NCBI GenBank assembly: GCA_964016885.1
Contig: OZ024743.1
Span: 93,000,001-93,064,000 of the forward strand
Source of the DNA: Eledone cirrhosa
Taxonomy: Eukaryota
Direction of reading: 5' to 3'
Length of the DNA stretch: 64,000 bases
Notes under the pieces: generated by a model
The model's database searches: none
What the model saw: only the letters and a program-made list of their open reading frames with translations
What the model was told of the DNA's origin: nothing
Part shown: piece by piece, positions 63,566-64,000 of the stretch
Layout: the number at the start of each line of letters is the position of its first letter
Position numbering within the stretch: the first letter of the stretch is position 1
Translations under genes and position numbers: made by a program

Positions 63566-64000
63566 TTAATTTTTTTTTTTTTTTTTCATTAATATCTTTA
63601 CAGAGCTATTTATTTTTTTTAGTTCGGTGACCGCTTAGGAAACCGAGCTGCTCTATACATTTCCATTTTTCTTTCTTTTAGTTTCTTTCTTTTGCAAGCT
63701 TCTCTCGCCAATGTATGTTAGTTTCAAAATAATTAGGCACGCAAACTTTTTCCTTTCTTTCAACCCTACCCTTCGCATACACACCACTGCAAACGTCTTA
63801 AAAGCTACCGACTGCAAAATCAGAGTTTCTTGATAATTTCAGATATTTCAAACTTTTATTCCGTTCGCCTTCCGAAGTTGTGAGCCTGCTATATACTCTA
63901 GAAAATATTTATTGAACAGAGATTTGGCTGCTTTTTCTAGCAGGTAAAATTAGCACATTTCTTTAGAGCCGTTCGAATCGAACATTATCCACATCTGTAA

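Larger units (their letters stand above)
1..64000 (+). repeat. 5S rDNA tandem array, 74 near-identical units of about 855-885 bp
   Basis: The 5S start recurs from 21 to 63446 (73 intervals, mean 868.8 bp). Units differ mainly in poly-T length, a 14-bp indel and scattered SNPs. No foreign insertion was seen. Confidence 0.99.

Noticed and set aside
1-64000. CRISPR-like array or prokaryotic rRNA operon
   Set aside because: Spacers are near-identical rather than unique, there are no cas or 16S/23S sequences, and the 5S is of eukaryotic type with an internal control region and oligo-T terminator.
1-64000. 5S-targeting retrotransposon or other mobile element insertion
   Set aside because: All 73 inter-gene distances fall within about 854-884 bp, leaving no room for an insertion, and there is no long ORF.

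Overview
The whole 64 kb window is the interior of a eukaryotic (metazoan) 5S rDNA tandem array. It holds 74 head-to-tail, plus-strand 5S rRNA genes with a mean period of about 869 bp: a 120-nt gene, a poly-T Pol III terminator and an AT-rich spacer of about 740 bp. From memory the gene looks molluscan, possibly cephalopod-like; this is not database-verified. There are no credible protein-coding genes. The recurring 65-aa ORF has a TTG start and is broken in 36 of 74 units. The main hidden feature is a degenerate copy of the 3' part of 5S just downstream of the terminator in every unit, which has been remodelled into a new hairpin. The spacer also has an invariant palindrome that reads as a tRNA-type B-box on both strands, with a partial A-box on the minus strand. 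The array shows layered higher-order duplications (2-, 3-, 4-, 7/8- and 15-unit blocks), two spacer length classes differing by 14 bp, and 26 genes with coding substitutions that become more frequent towards the right. Units are numbered U1-U74 from the left, and spacer motif coordinates are given for U1 or U2 as representatives. All comparisons were made by eye.
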